A stretch of 64,000 bases of DNA from the human T2T-CHM13v2.0 reference genome, Homo sapiens. Each line of letters starts with the position of its first letter. The first letter of the stretch is position 1. Shown piece after piece: positions 41,720-56,434 of the stretch. Position numbers and translations under genes: made by a program. The DNA lies in NCBI RefSeq assembly GCF_009914755.1, contig NC_060930.1, one strand, 5' to 3'. The notes beneath the pieces were generated by a model. That model saw only the letters and a list, made by a program, of their open reading frames with translations. It did no database searches and had not been told where the DNA came from.

Positions 41720-42488
41720 CTGTCAAAAAGAAACAGAAAATATTTACAACAATAGTTTTCAAGGAATTTCTACAGTGGAGGGGAATAGCTAAATATATGC
41801 AAAAGTAAATCTAATTTTTGTTCAGTAAGAATTAAAAATTTAACCTTATAATGTAAGTAATTTCCTAACTCTTGTACAGGTAAACAAATCAAAATATAAA
41901 ATTTGAAGAAAAATTACGTTACAGAGGTTAAGCAGCTTAAATTTTTTAAGCAGTTATTACCAAGTATTGTTATATATCCTGAATAGGCAATATATAGGCA
42001 GACATAGAAAATCTCTTTAAAGGTAAACTTTCGCATATTGATTTTTTCCATTTTTGTTGTTTACTTAACATACATGGAGCACCTACTATGTGCCAAGCAG
42101 TATGTGAACCACTGAACACATTAGTAAGATAATCTGAGTTTTAAACAGCTGAATTTTCAAGGATGAGTGTCAACCAACAGATTATTGATGTTCCAGGCCA
42201 AAGGAACAAATACAATGAAAAAGATTGGGATGGCATGTTTGGAAAACTAAATAAATATAATCTCTATGGCTACAAAGGCTCAAAAGGGAAGAGATGAGAT
42301 TAGAGACATAGGCATGGAAGGCCTTAAATACCATGAGGGTGAGGTCAGGAGTACAGCACTCAATAGTTTTATATCCAAGAATGTTAAGAAAAAAAAAGTT
42401 TCTAGATTTAAATATAAGCTCATTTTACAGTTTTGTAGTTATAGTCAATAGCAAAGCTTGATATGGCCTTTCTTTTAATGTGTGCTGT

Positions 42489-42614
42489 GGCTGGGTGCGG
42501 TAACTCACACCTATAATCCTAACACTTTGGGAGGCTGAGGCAGGAGGAGTACTTGAGCCCAGAAGTTCAAGACCAGCCTAGGGAACACAGTGAGAGCCTG
42601 TCGCTAAAAAAAAA

Positions 42615-42652
<38 letters not shown>

Positions 42653-42830
42653 GATTAGCTGGGTGTGGTGACACATGCCTATAGTATCAGCTACTTCACA
42701 GACTAAGAGACTAAGGTGGGAGAATTGCTTGAACCCAGGAGTTCAAGGCTGCAGTGAGGTAGGATGACACCACCGCACTCCAGCCTGAGCGACAGAGCAA
42801 GACCCTGACTCTAAAAAAAAATAACAATAA
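42489..42830 (+). mobile_element. AluJ (Jo-like) with expanded central A/(AAAAG)n tract
   Basis: GAGTTCAAGGCTGCAGTGAG, GACCCTGACTC; TSD taatgtgtgctgt at 42476-42488 and 42831-42843. Confidence 0.9.
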
Positions 42831-44129
42831 TAATGTGTGCTGTGACTTTCAAGAGAAAACAGATTTAGCATTCAGCTCTTCAATGTTGTATTTGATTCCT
42901 TTATTCATGGGGATACATACATTATTTTGGAGTATTTGCAAAGCATTTTTTAAAATGTAATGAAAGTTGATGTTTAAAGTAAGAATAGAATATAATCAAA
43001 TTGGTCTAATAGAAACATATTTGGCTATAAAGTGAAAGATGATATGGAGAGAAAAAATAAGTCAATATGCTAGAAGTAGTGGGAATGGTGAGATGAGAAG
43101 AAAAAGGAAAGATAAAAATAATACTAAGGAAGCAGAGAAGGTAGAACTTACTGACTCAGTTGTGAAATATAGGACAACTCAATGATTTCTGGCTTAGACT
43201 ACTAGGTGAATGATGCTGTCAGGATTCCTTCTCAGGACTAGTGATACAGAAAAGGAAACAAATTGAGGGAGAAAATAATGAAGTATGTTTTGAACATTTC
43301 AAATTTGATTTGCCTATGATAACACACAGTGGAAAATGCTTAAGTAATAACTAGATAGATAGATTTGGAAGAGAAGATTATCAGGGTAAAATAAAGGTAT
43401 AAATTTCGAAGTTATCTGACGAAGGATATCAGATAACTCCATGGAAGGGAATAAGCGACTAATTTGAAAGTTAAAGTGATTGGTGAGTAAGATGGCATAA
43501 GAAGATAAATAAGAGAAGAAAACTACTGGAAATGAAAGTCAAGACTGAAAAGGCCACCAGCGGATATAAAGCCAACATCGAATGGTTAAGAAAGAAAGGG
43601 TGGTGGTACCAGGAGGTTTCAAGCAGGTCAACACTCCTAATAAAAGGATTAGGAAAGGCCAGGCATATTACAATAACAATAATTTAAAGATTTCAGATAC
43701 GTGTGTAAACAGTGGCATCTAGATGCACACACATTTTAGAAGGTGAGAGCGTCTCTGATGTTATCTAATAATCTCCAGCCATTTTATTCTTTCCCATGGG
43801 AGTATCTGCCAATTCTGAGATCAGGCTATGGTTCTAGCTTAGTACAGACTGAAAACCTCTAGTAGGAGGAGGTGAAAACCTCTAGCAGGAGGAGGTGAAA
43901 ACTGTGAAAGCTTGGTGCAGTTCTGCAGAAATAGAACAACAACTTGAAAATTTGGGAGGCTGAGTTTTCCAAAAAGACCTAGGTAAAGGCAAATAATATC
44001 TAACATAAGAAAGAGGTCAAGAGAAACTGAAACTAATAAGCATCACTTGGGGTTAGCTCTTAGGTATTTGGTAAACTCTGCCAGGACATTTTTACTCTGG
44101 TGGAGGAGGAGAAGTTTGATTGACTGGGC

Positions 44130-44380
44130 TGATAATAAGTTACATTTGTCAAGCACTTACTATATAAAGTAGACTGTCCCAAGCTACAGTCACACACATA
44201 CACACACATAAATTGATTTAATCCTCATTACAATCACACGAGGTAGGTATTATTTTCATGTTCATTTTAAAGAAAAGTAATTGAACCAAGGCACAAAAGC
44301 TAACAAGTGGTGAAGCCGGGAATGGCCTGAGTCATCCTGCCTCTAGGTTGCTTTTGAAAACTTTACTACATTGCTTCTCA
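44130..44380 (-). mobile_element. MIR
   Basis: tttaatcctcattacaatcacacgaggtaggtattatt...acaagtggtgaagccggga. Confidence 0.65.
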
Positions 44381-46129
44381 AGAAAAAGAAGACACAGAGT
44401 ATTTCATTTAAGTAGACTTTAGAGTTTAAATTTCCTTTAAAAGTCTAAAATGTTAAGTAAATTTTAAATTTAAAAAATGAATTTCATTTTAACTAGCACA
44501 CTGACTAGACATTATATTGACAAGATGGCAGCATGGTTCCATTAAACCCTTTCCATTCTCACACTACAACCACCTCAAAGTCAATAACAATGAGATAAGG
44601 TAAGCCGCTGGAATGGATGGCTCATCTCCCTTCCATCTGTCCCAATCATAAACTACCTGCATTACTTCTTTTCTACTCCAAGTTTACCCTTTGTGACAAT
44701 TGATTTTACTGGAATAAGCTGAAAGTGAGATGGAGGATGGGGTCTTTGTGGTAAGCAGAATGCTTCATGATGGAAGGGTGGCCATCTATGAACACAGGAG
44801 GGTGTGCAATATGTGTGTGCATATGATTTACATTTCACATAAATGTATTTGGTGGGAACATAATTCCCATGTCATTTTGTAAATACTGGAACAAGGGCTT
44901 AGCAAGAAATAGAAAATAGTATTAAAAACTTTAAATAATGTATAACTTGAGACAACTCTGGTACAGACCACTTTCTCAGGGGTGAAAAAAACCCTGTATT
45001 ATACTCCAAGCCCTCTTGTTTACAAATTCTTGAGGATTCACATAAATTTGAGATTTGAAACTTTTAGAGCTAAGTCTTAACCCCATAATATGAATATAAT
45101 ACAGCTTTCAAAAAAAGTTTTCTAAGGATTAAATAGCAGCATATAGAAAGGTGCTATCTAAACTAAAAGGTGTGATTGTCAACAGTGTAATACCTGAAGT
45201 CTGTATAAATGTATCCTAGGAAAATAAGTTTTATTTGCTTGTTTGTGGTTTAAGGAAAGAGAAGTTACAGAAAAAAAGTTTTTAAAAATCATTTTTTTGA
45301 AAACAATGACATTCTAATGAATAAATACACATCATTGTTGGTTATTTCAGTTTTGTTGTCAGTATTCATTAAATTATTTTAATTTCTAGGTCTATCTTAG
45401 CTTCACTTTCTTGAGTTGTTTAACTTCTTGTACTTTAAACAAGATTACTACACCCCTGAGAAAAAGTTTCATATGTGTTCATTTAAATTGAGCTTTACTC
45501 AGGACAATAAATTGAGGCCTTGATTTAAAAGGAGGCAAAATAATTGGTTCTTTATTTAAAAAAAAAAAAAGTTCCTCTTTTTAGTGACCTCATTTTCCCT
45601 GCTAAATGTTGTCTTTGCCTCATTAACGAGAGCTAGAAGAAATTTCTAAGATCAGATTCCTTTACTGCTAAAGATCTAATCAGCTTTATCACTTCAACAG
45701 AGCCCTCACCTTGTAGGGCTCTTCTGTCCTGTCAGGGAAAACAAATCTCAATAGCTTAATTACGCAAAGCGTGCTTGGGCTAATGCTCAGGTCAGATCTA
45801 ATGCTTGATGTCAAGCAGTCAACCAGGCTTCCCAGAAGAAGAGAGCAATGAAAGCCATACCAGATGTCAACTTTAAACCTTCCAGGAGGCCAGCCTGGGA
45901 GCAGAATGAACAGGCTCTGCTTTCTAAGCCATTTTTACTCCACTCCATTACCTGAAACACTGAAGGTGATGATTCTAATCAAATTTTTGCTACTCCAGCA
46001 ACAGTCCTGGATTATTAACTAAATAAGTGAAATAAAGTTGAATTAAACTTGGGGGAGATGGGAAACCCTAGAGAACAAGGACAACTTTTTCCTCTAGCAA
46101 ACTGAATGAATCCACAGGAAGTGTCTCCT

Positions 46130-46320
46130 ATAATGGAAAGCTGAACTGGGTGTTTGGAAGCCTGGGATCTACTATCACGTGTAACCCAAGCAAGTTATTA
46201 ATATTTAACTCGGGTCTCTGTAGTCTCATCTTGACAATACTGCCTTTCCGTACATCACGGGTTTCTTGTGAAGACTGAATGGTATATGTGAAATGATTAA
46301 TTAATATATGCAATATGTAA
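46130..46320 (+). mobile_element. MIR fragment
   Basis: gcaagttattaatatttaactcgggtctctgtagtctcatc. Confidence 0.5.
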
Positions 46321-46439
46321 TACAAGATATTACAGATACTAGAAAAATCTGAAAAAAATTTCCCCTTAATATTCTTTCAATATATCATAGTGTTAAGAGC
46401 CCAGGCTCCAAAGTCAGATATATATTTAACTCATATTCT

Positions 46440-46737
46440 TTTTCTTTTTTTTAATGAGACAGATTCTTGGTCTGTCACACAGGCTGGAGTGCAGTGGCAT
46501 GATCTGGGCTCACCCTAACCTCTGCCTCCCAGGTTCAAACAATTCTCGTGCTTCAGCCTCCCCAGTAGTTGGAATTATAGGCACATGCCACCACGCCTGG
46601 CTAATTTTTGTATTTTTGTAGAGACGGGGTTTTAACATGTTGGCTAGGCTGGTCTCGAACTCCTAGCCTCAAGTGATCTGCCTGCCTCAGCCTCCCAAAC
46701 TGCTGGGATTACAGGCATGAGCCACCACACCTGGCCT
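46440..46737 (-). mobile_element. AluS/J inserted within a MIR (MIR flanks about 46385-46435 and 46740-46900)
   Basis: Reverse Alu dimer; MIR 3' motif gaagattaaatgagataatgcacataaaacatttagcac follows. Confidence 0.9.
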
Positions 46738-48991
46738 AGTTCGTACCCTTTAACTGTAACTTTAACTTATGTAAAATGAAAACTTCAATTTCTTCTTCTA
46801 TAAAGGAAAGTTTATAGGGAAGATTAAATGAGATAATGCACATAAAACATTTAGCACATCTCCTGCCACACAGTAAGCATGCTATGTTAAGTGGCACCAC
46901 TTTTATGAGCAGAAAATAGCCATAAAAGACACATGTACTAAAATTATATTTCTTCCATTCCCTTCTCCCTCCACTAAAAACCTAACCCCCCAATCCCAGT
47001 TTGGAAAAACATGAATAAACTAGTATTTTATTCCTATAAACCTCCTTAAATTCATGTTTTTTATTTTAATATTTAAACATTAAATTTTGCTAACGTTCAG
47101 AATAAATCACACATCTGCCTTCAAAGAACAAATGTGCCCAAATCAAAACCTATTTCTAAATATTTATGCCCAAATTTCAGTAACGAATAAAATAGGCATC
47201 TGTAACACACACAAAGATAGAATGACACTGCAGATCCAACCCTATGAGTACCAGTAAAGCACATGTATCTTTATCTGTTATGACAAGGTGTGACCTCCAA
47301 TTTAGGAACTGTAGTTAACTTTGTGTCCTTAAAGCTCAAATACTGTCTATCACAAAGTAGACATTCAACAAATGATAACAAGACTATATACATCTGTGTG
47401 TATATACACATTACATATATGTGCATATATATAAAACATCATCACATAAAATTGAATTCTACCATGTGAACCTTAAACATTGTAGTTCCACAAGATGTGT
47501 CCTCAATCTTTCACTCTCTTTGCCCTATACTTTCAACTCTGATAAGATTGAGGAAGATGAGGCTACAATGAGGACAGAGGGAAATGAAAAAAATATATTT
47601 AAGTATATAGAACTACAAAAGGAAAATGGAAGTACATGGCATCACAAAAGCTTATTAATAAAAGAGTATCTAAAGGAGAAGAGATGTCAGGAACCCAATA
47701 CTGGCCAAATACTACATAAAATGGTTATTGGAAATGCCCCTTATTTGTGCCATTGAGATCAGAAGTGCCCAAAGAAAGAGCGGTCTGTATGAAGAATGGA
47801 AGTGGAAACTATATTGGACAATGAAGAACACAGTGAAAGCACAGAGACACCAAGGTTAAGAATGCTTTATAGGAAGTTTGTCTGAATGGATAAAGAAAAA
47901 TTTGACTAAGGATAGAAAAAGATATGGGATCAAGGAAAGGTTCAACTTTCAAAAAATTTTTCTTATTACTTTTAAGGTAAGAAACACTTAAACTTGTTTA
48001 GATATTGAGGATAATTCAATTTGGTAGCGAGTATTTGTGTATACACATGAAAGAAGTGATAACTGTTAGTGTGAAACAGGATAAAATCCAAATCACAGGC
48101 TGTAAGACAGGCTCTCTCTGCCTTTTTTTATAGTAAGAGGAAATGAGAAGATGCATAAAAATGTAATTTCTAGGACTGGTAGCCAAAGAAGTTTCCATTA
48201 TATGACTACAATTTTCTCAGCTATAAGTAATAGGCTAGTGAAAAGAAGGAGTGGTTGAAGTCTGGAGAAAATTGAAAGGAGTTGAAATACAGAGTAGAAG
48301 AACAAAGATAACTGAACAGAAAAATATAGTAGTAGAATTTCCAGTTATATTTGGACCCAATTGAAATTGATAACCCTGAATTTCTAGTGATCAAAATCTA
48401 TCATGTGGTGTGATTTAAAAAAAAAAAAAAACAGTATTTTTTTTTTAATTTAAGCCCAGAAAAAGTGGATAGAATAAAAGTCAGTAAAGAGTTTATGGAA
48501 ACAGCAATTGTATAACAAAAGTTATCACAATGAAATCAAATTTTGATTTCATTTGATGATAAGCAAGTTGATGAACTAGCTAAAGACAGATGGTTTGATG
48601 GATTGGAGCTCTCCATGAAGTTACTGGATGATCTAAGCAAAATGAGTATAGTAGAAGAAGATAGGTTTATACTTGGGAAGTATGATACATATGCATAAAG
48701 TTAGAACAGTTGTGAGATATTACAACATCCATGTAACCAGAGTAGTAAACAGAGGTGTGACCTTTGGAAGTGGTGAGGTGAAAAAACTATCCAGGCGCTT
48801 TCCACACATATACTGATGTCGTCAGGAAGACGATGAGCCTTGAAAGTGGAGAGAGCAACTCTAAATTATGCTGGTACCCAAGTTCATCATGAGTAGAACA
48901 AAATGATTTCAGGTCCAGTGGAAGGTAATAATAAGGATGATGACGTGGTTGAAAGAAAAAAAAACTCGAAGGTGCAAAGACATTTCCCACA

Positions 48992-49346
48992 TGATATGGT
49001 TTGGCTGCGCCCCCACCCAAATCTCATCTTGCATTGTAGCTCCTGTAATTCCCACATGTTGTGGGAGGGACCCAGTGAGAGGTAACTGAATCATGAAGGC
49101 AGTTTCCCCCATCCTGTTCTCATGGTAGTGAATAAGTCTCACGAGATCTGATGGTTTTCAGGAGATTTGAGGTTTCCGTTTTCGCTTGATTCTCATTCTC
49201 TCTTGCCAAGGCACATAAGAAGTGCCTTTCACCTTCCACCATGATTATGAGGCCTTTAGCTACATGTAACTGTGAATCTATCAAACCTATTTTTCTTCCC
49301 AGTCTCATGTATGTCTTTATCAGCAGCGTGAAAATGAACTAATACA
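48992..49346 (+). mobile_element. THE1 (MaLR) solo LTR
   Basis: TGATATGGTTTGGCT...CCCACCCAAATCTCATCTTG...CTTTATCAGCAGCGTGAAAATGAACTAATACA; TG...CA ends; 5-bp TSD-like ccaca/ccacc. Confidence 0.93.
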
Positions 49347-52300
49347 CCACCCATTGACCTAAGTTACTTGGGAATTAATATCTTCTCTTTTAGAGAATAT
49401 TTGGGAAAAAGTGTCTGTAGGCTATAGCCATGAACATATGATGATTATAATTACATAATTAACTCTAAGTAAACATTTGATGTTTATTTCCTCTAGTAAA
49501 ATATAAACTCACTGAGGGCAATGGATTGTCATGTTCCTCACAACATCATTGAACCACATGAATCCTGTTGACAGTCAGGGCTCAAAGAGTCCCAATATGT
49601 CACAGAAAACAACAATGCAGTATCAGTGGATTAACTGTTTTACCTAAAAGGGAAATATGAGAATAGACATTTAGCTCATTTTTGCTGAACTCACAAAATT
49701 GTGTTGAAATAATACAATGACACTTGTTTGAGAAAGTTCTAGATAATTTTCCCAAGCTATATTAGAAATCATGAAAACATAAACCTCCCCTGAACAGCTA
49801 AATAATGCTATAAGGCATAAATTTCTGCTGATAGGCCCCAGAAGATTTTCTACAGAGTAAGTCCAGTATCTACATGAAAACTTAAAATTCTAGAATCTAG
49901 TTACTTTTCAAATGTGCATATTCTATTTTCATCCATACATAAAGATGAAGACACACATAACTGACAGGTGATACCAAAAGTGCAATGTACAACTAGCAGT
50001 TACTGTCACTCACTGTAGCTCCTCTCATAGACACTGGCAATTTGGAATTATGGTTTCTCAACTAAGAATCAGCAGCAAATATTAGAGAAAAGGAGCTTCT
50101 CTTCGTCAGACCCCTGCAAGACAGGCTGGTTTGCCTATTGACTCATGTAATAGTCCACTTCTAAGAGTCTAAAGTGTGAAAAGGCCTTTAGTCAAGGCCT
50201 TGAGACTCTGAAACTGATGAATTCTTATTAACCTTTTCCTATTTGTTGTTTACTTGTTTACTTAGTTCCTGAAGGAGATATATACCTGCAATCACAAAAA
50301 GATACATAGATAAAATATCTAAACAAGGGAAATATTTGTATACTCTTTGCTTTAGAGTTGCTAAAGTCAATTATTTGACTATTTGTAAACTCTTTGATTT
50401 TCGAGTTTCTTGAGAAAGTAATGAGGGGGTTCTAATTATATGCCAACTAAATATGGAAGGCAATTAAGACATATAATCAAGCCCAAATCGATTCTTCATC
50501 TAACCCCTAAGTAATTTCAGATTTTAGCTATCCTTAGCACTTCCATGACTCATAGATGCATAATTTTCCTTAAGATGTCCTGAGATTAAAAATGGCTGGT
50601 TCCTTAGAAAGACTAGTATTATCAAGACTTCGCATCAGGATTTTACTATCTACAGGGAGTAACTAGGGCTCCAGAGATTCTAAATACCAACATTCTCTTA
50701 CCTGAATACACACAGGCCTTTTGCATAGTTACAGCATCTGCCACTCAGCAGGAGCTACAGTATAGGTTTAAATATTCTTTCACTTTCATATATCTACGCA
50801 CACATACATATATACACGTGCCCACATAATTCTATGTATCCATATATCAATGTAATTAATATTACAGTGACAAGTTAATTTTAGAATGTTAATACTATTT
50901 ATAATGTTACCAGGTATTCTTTAATAAAACATCAATTTATCCAATTACAAGGGCTTTGATTACAAAAATATCCTGAGGTTTAGCATTACCAATTGCCTGC
51001 ATGATGAGAAGGACTACCACATTATCTAACAGGGATGACATCAGGTATAACCAGAGTGCAGTTGCATGAAAAGCAGCTAGAGCATCCACCAACTGCAGGC
51101 CTTTCAAGAATGATACTGTGTTTTGCCTAATAAACAACAGAACATCAGTCAAAGCACATGGCAGTGTCCAGGTAACTGTAAAAAGTCAGGACCACAGATC
51201 AGAAGGAGAAAATAAAACCTAACAGACTTCATACAAAAGTAGCCTGTATGAAAGAAAAGCCCAAAGACGGAGATTTTCACAAGTTCCATACTGAAATGAA
51301 TATGCAAGCATACTACATTCCTATGTTTCAAATTAGCCCAGGGAGTTGGCTATCCCTAATGTAATCACTAAAAGTATCTAGAAAATCTAAATAAATGAAT
51401 GAACAATAATCATTTCAGAGTGTATGCTAGTATGTTGAAGTTATAATAATAGTCCACTAGTTATTTAAATTAATTCTGCATTCCTGAAATCTTGCACTTG
51501 TAAACGATTATCAATGGTGTTTTTAATTAGAATAGATGTTGACGCAGGTTTATATGTATCAAAAACACATGACTTCTTAGTCTTAAAGTGACTAAGACAT
51601 ACTTCTCATTTCTGAAAACAAACCCAAAACCTGAACTGAGAATGAATAACTTTAACAAAATAAACCCACAAAAAGTTCTTGTGTTCTCTGCATATTCTCT
51701 ATATCATTAAAATGGCTCTGGGGGTAGAAGGGATTATATACTTGCTTTCTCAAGAAGGTTTTGACATAGACCCTCAAGGTAAGACAGAGACACACACAAG
51801 CACACCCACTCAACACAGTGCACACCACAGTTCCCAGCAGCAGAGCCCCAACTCTGAGCCACAGACCTCAACTCAGGTCCCAGTTCCGACCTCATGAGGC
51901 CATTGTAAAGATTAAAAGATATTATACACAAATTAGGAGGTTTCTCATAAATGTTAGCCCCTTTCCTGACCTTTGCCATCGCAGATACACCTTTTAGCTC
52001 TTCTGTGCTACAAAAACAGTACCACAAACTCACTACCTTGCTCATTCCTAATGTCTGACACCCCTATCACTAAAGCCCCTTTCCATAATTCCTTTTACAG
52101 TTCAATTCAGGGCCTAAGTGTGGTGAAGCTGCCTGAGACTAGAGACCACAGTATAAGGTATGCCAAACCCCTGCTCTCTTCTGAGGCTTCCCAATTCCAA
52201 TATAGGCAGACAGACAGGCAGAGCATAATAATACATCCCAAATGCCTTAAATATGAAACTCAGAAATAAAATTGAAATAGGACCCACTATTCATGGCTCA

Positions 52301-54108
52301 GTCTAATTTATGTGAGAATATGAGTTTAGCAAAAAGAGAGGAAAAACCAAAAAGGCAATTAAAAGAGGAAAATAAAAGTTTACTGAAATAATCCAAGATC
52401 TAAAAATGCCCTTAAACACATTTTTCATCCTATGGATCTGTCCTTAGATACATAAGCAAGCAACCTACACCATAAAAGATTTGGTATAAAACTGAAAGTG
52501 GGGAAGCAAAGAGTAGCAGAAAATTCATCAGCAAAATGTCATTTCTGTATCTTTACTATCATAGCTCCACCATCTGGGTTATATTTTATAGTTAGTTGTC
52601 TGGTACAAAAATAAAAGATGACTGGTGAAGGTTTCTACTTCTATCAACATGACACTGAATTACAGTACTATTTCTCCTCACTTCTAGAGATGTGCCATTT
52701 GTCTTCCTACAATCCACAAGCAGAACCTTTTAAATTTCAGCACCAACAGTCCAATCTTACACATAGCAGAAGTAGATCACTTCACCTGCACAACTATATT
52801 TGAAAAATAATGCTTTCAAACTAACACAGTAAGTCTGTTCTTAACAAATTTAAACAACTCTCAATAGCTTTAATTTATGCTTATGAAACTCAAGAAAATT
52901 AAAATCAGTAGTTCAGCCTACATGTACCATCATACTAAATATCTATTAACAGATGAAATCTGATGACAGTATGCACTTACAAAGAAAAGCAACCTTTAAG
53001 TAAACCAGATGATTAATTTTGAGTGAAGAGATAAGATAAATGGATGAGCCTACATACAGACAAAGTTCAGCCAGATGCTAAACTTGAGTTTTCACATCAC
53101 AAATTCAGATATATTAATAAGTAATTGTTTTGTTTAAACCTCTTGTAAAAAGAGAATTCTCTACTTACATAATATTGATTTAAGAATTAAGTAATTTCAA
53201 AAGTATTGTGAACTTTCCCTACTGAAAAAATTAGTTATGGTTGGAGGGGAGAGGAGAAAGGTTTTGACATAAAGTTTGTAAGAGTAACTAGTTTGTGTAC
53301 TCTTAGTTGAATTTAGGGATAGAACGCCTGTGAACTTTTATTTTCTGTTTTATTTTACAAGACAAATAGTCAAGAACAGTGATATCATTAGCTATATAAC
53401 GTTTAAATAGCACAAATATAATTACATATTATTATATAATTTATGATGTTAGTGCTTTTAGCTAGTAAAAGCCCAGCTGAAATTGAAAAATATTTACGAA
53501 GAGATGTAACAAACAATACGTTTGACAGTCAGGTTCAACAGGAGAAAATAATAGGGAACTTTAGAAGATATCCCAGAACGACTAAAAATAATGGGTGCAA
53601 ACATACAAATATGCATATCTATATTTGTCTTGACTTTTTTCTTAAAACATATATTTAAAATGAAGACATTAAAAGTATATGGTTCACTTGATTCTTTGCA
53701 GAAGATGAACTCAAATTTTTGACGATATGCTTAAGAAAATATTCATGTGTCATAAATCAGCAAAAGATGAAGTCTGTAAGACTTTAAGAATCTTGCTAAA
53801 AATTTTAAGGCAAAATATTTTTATCTAGAATACTCAGAGATTATTCAGAAGTTAGTCAAAAAAAAAAGAAGGAAACGACATCCTTTTCATATCACAAACT
53901 TTTTGAAGAATACCTATGACCTCTCTGGGTGTCCGACAATCAGTAAAAATGGGTTGAAGCAGAGAAATTAAGAAATACTAGGGAGAAATAAATCCTTGGA
54001 ACTTTTTGTACAATTATAAAGGCTTGAAACTCTACTTTTAAAATGGGCCTGATTCATAGACCAATGTTGTTACCCATATAAAACAAAATAAGTGGAATAA
54101 AATCAGGG

Positions 54109-54406
<298 letters not shown>

Positions 54407-54799
54407 CTAAATCAGGTTTTAAGGATAGATGGAGAGAGATAAACTCATCTTCATTGAGAACACAATATGGGAGATGGTGAAAAAGACGAGGGAAAGCATT
54501 AATTTTATTGGCAGTATCTAGTCATAAGTGAGGGAAAGCACTAGACATTATAATGACCAAGTGCCTCCTTTAATAAAGAGTGTATAGAATAGAAACTAAC
54601 ATAAAGTGATTTAGGAGGACTGAAAGAGCCACTCAAATGATTTTAGATGTTGTCTATGAAAACAGAAGGCCTTTGCCAAAGACATCAGGAGATATTTAAC
54701 CTGTTTAACCTTTGCACTGACTCCACATATCGGCATTAAAGTATGAACAAATTATCAAGATGCTGAAGGCTGAAAAATACTGGTAAGACAGATCAGGTC

Positions 54800-54945
54800 A
54801 AAAGTTATCAAAACATGGTCCTGGCAACAAAAGCATCAACAACACCTGGAAACTTCTTGGAAACTCTGTGGGTGGGACCCACCGATCCATGGTTTCAGAG
54901 CTCCTGCAGGTGATACTGATGCAGGCTAAAATGTGAGAACCATTC
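54800..54945. mobile_element. MER5A-like fragment
   Basis: gcatcaacaacacctggaaac...caggtgatactgatgcaggctaaaatgtgagaacca. Confidence 0.6.
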
Positions 54946-55564
54946 ATCTAGGCTGATCTCCAAGCTGAGCTAAAAGTTACATGACAGTTTCAATCCTATA
55001 GGTTTTCTTCCTTCAGAACTTTTTCCTTTTCAAGAAAAAAACTGTAAGTAGATTCATAGGTTTTCTTTATCAGATAGCCAGCTAAAACAAAAATATAAGC
55101 CTGTATAAAATACCAATTTTTAAAAATTTGAACAATTAGCCATGTATTTATTCAACAAGAAGAAATTTATGGAGTGTCTAATATTTGCTGGACTAATATC
55201 TGACAGAAAGAAATACCTAATTTTTGGTCCCTGTCCTCAAGAGAGTCACAATGTGGCAGAAGAGATAAGCATGGTAGGAAATAACTATAGCACAGTTATA
55301 TGTGATAAAGCAGAGTTAGAACGCTATGAGAGTTCAGGGGAGAGAGAAAATTACTCCACCTGGGAAAACAGCAAGACTTCAGAGAAAGCGACCTTTGAAA
55401 CATCCTTCATTAACCCAGCACTTAGTGAGCACACACTATTCTAGCCGCTAGGGATACGAAGATGGATAAAAGGCAGAGCCACACCTTTTAGAAGGTAAAC
55501 CTCTATGACATATGTAGAGCAATAATGTAAAACAAGAGAAAGAGTAGGCAAACTATGTTCTTCA

Positions 55565-56434
<870 letters not shown>

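Noticed and set aside
50139-50552. Two AP-1 TGACTCA sites
   Set aside because: A 7-mer is expected several times by chance in 64 kb; no other support
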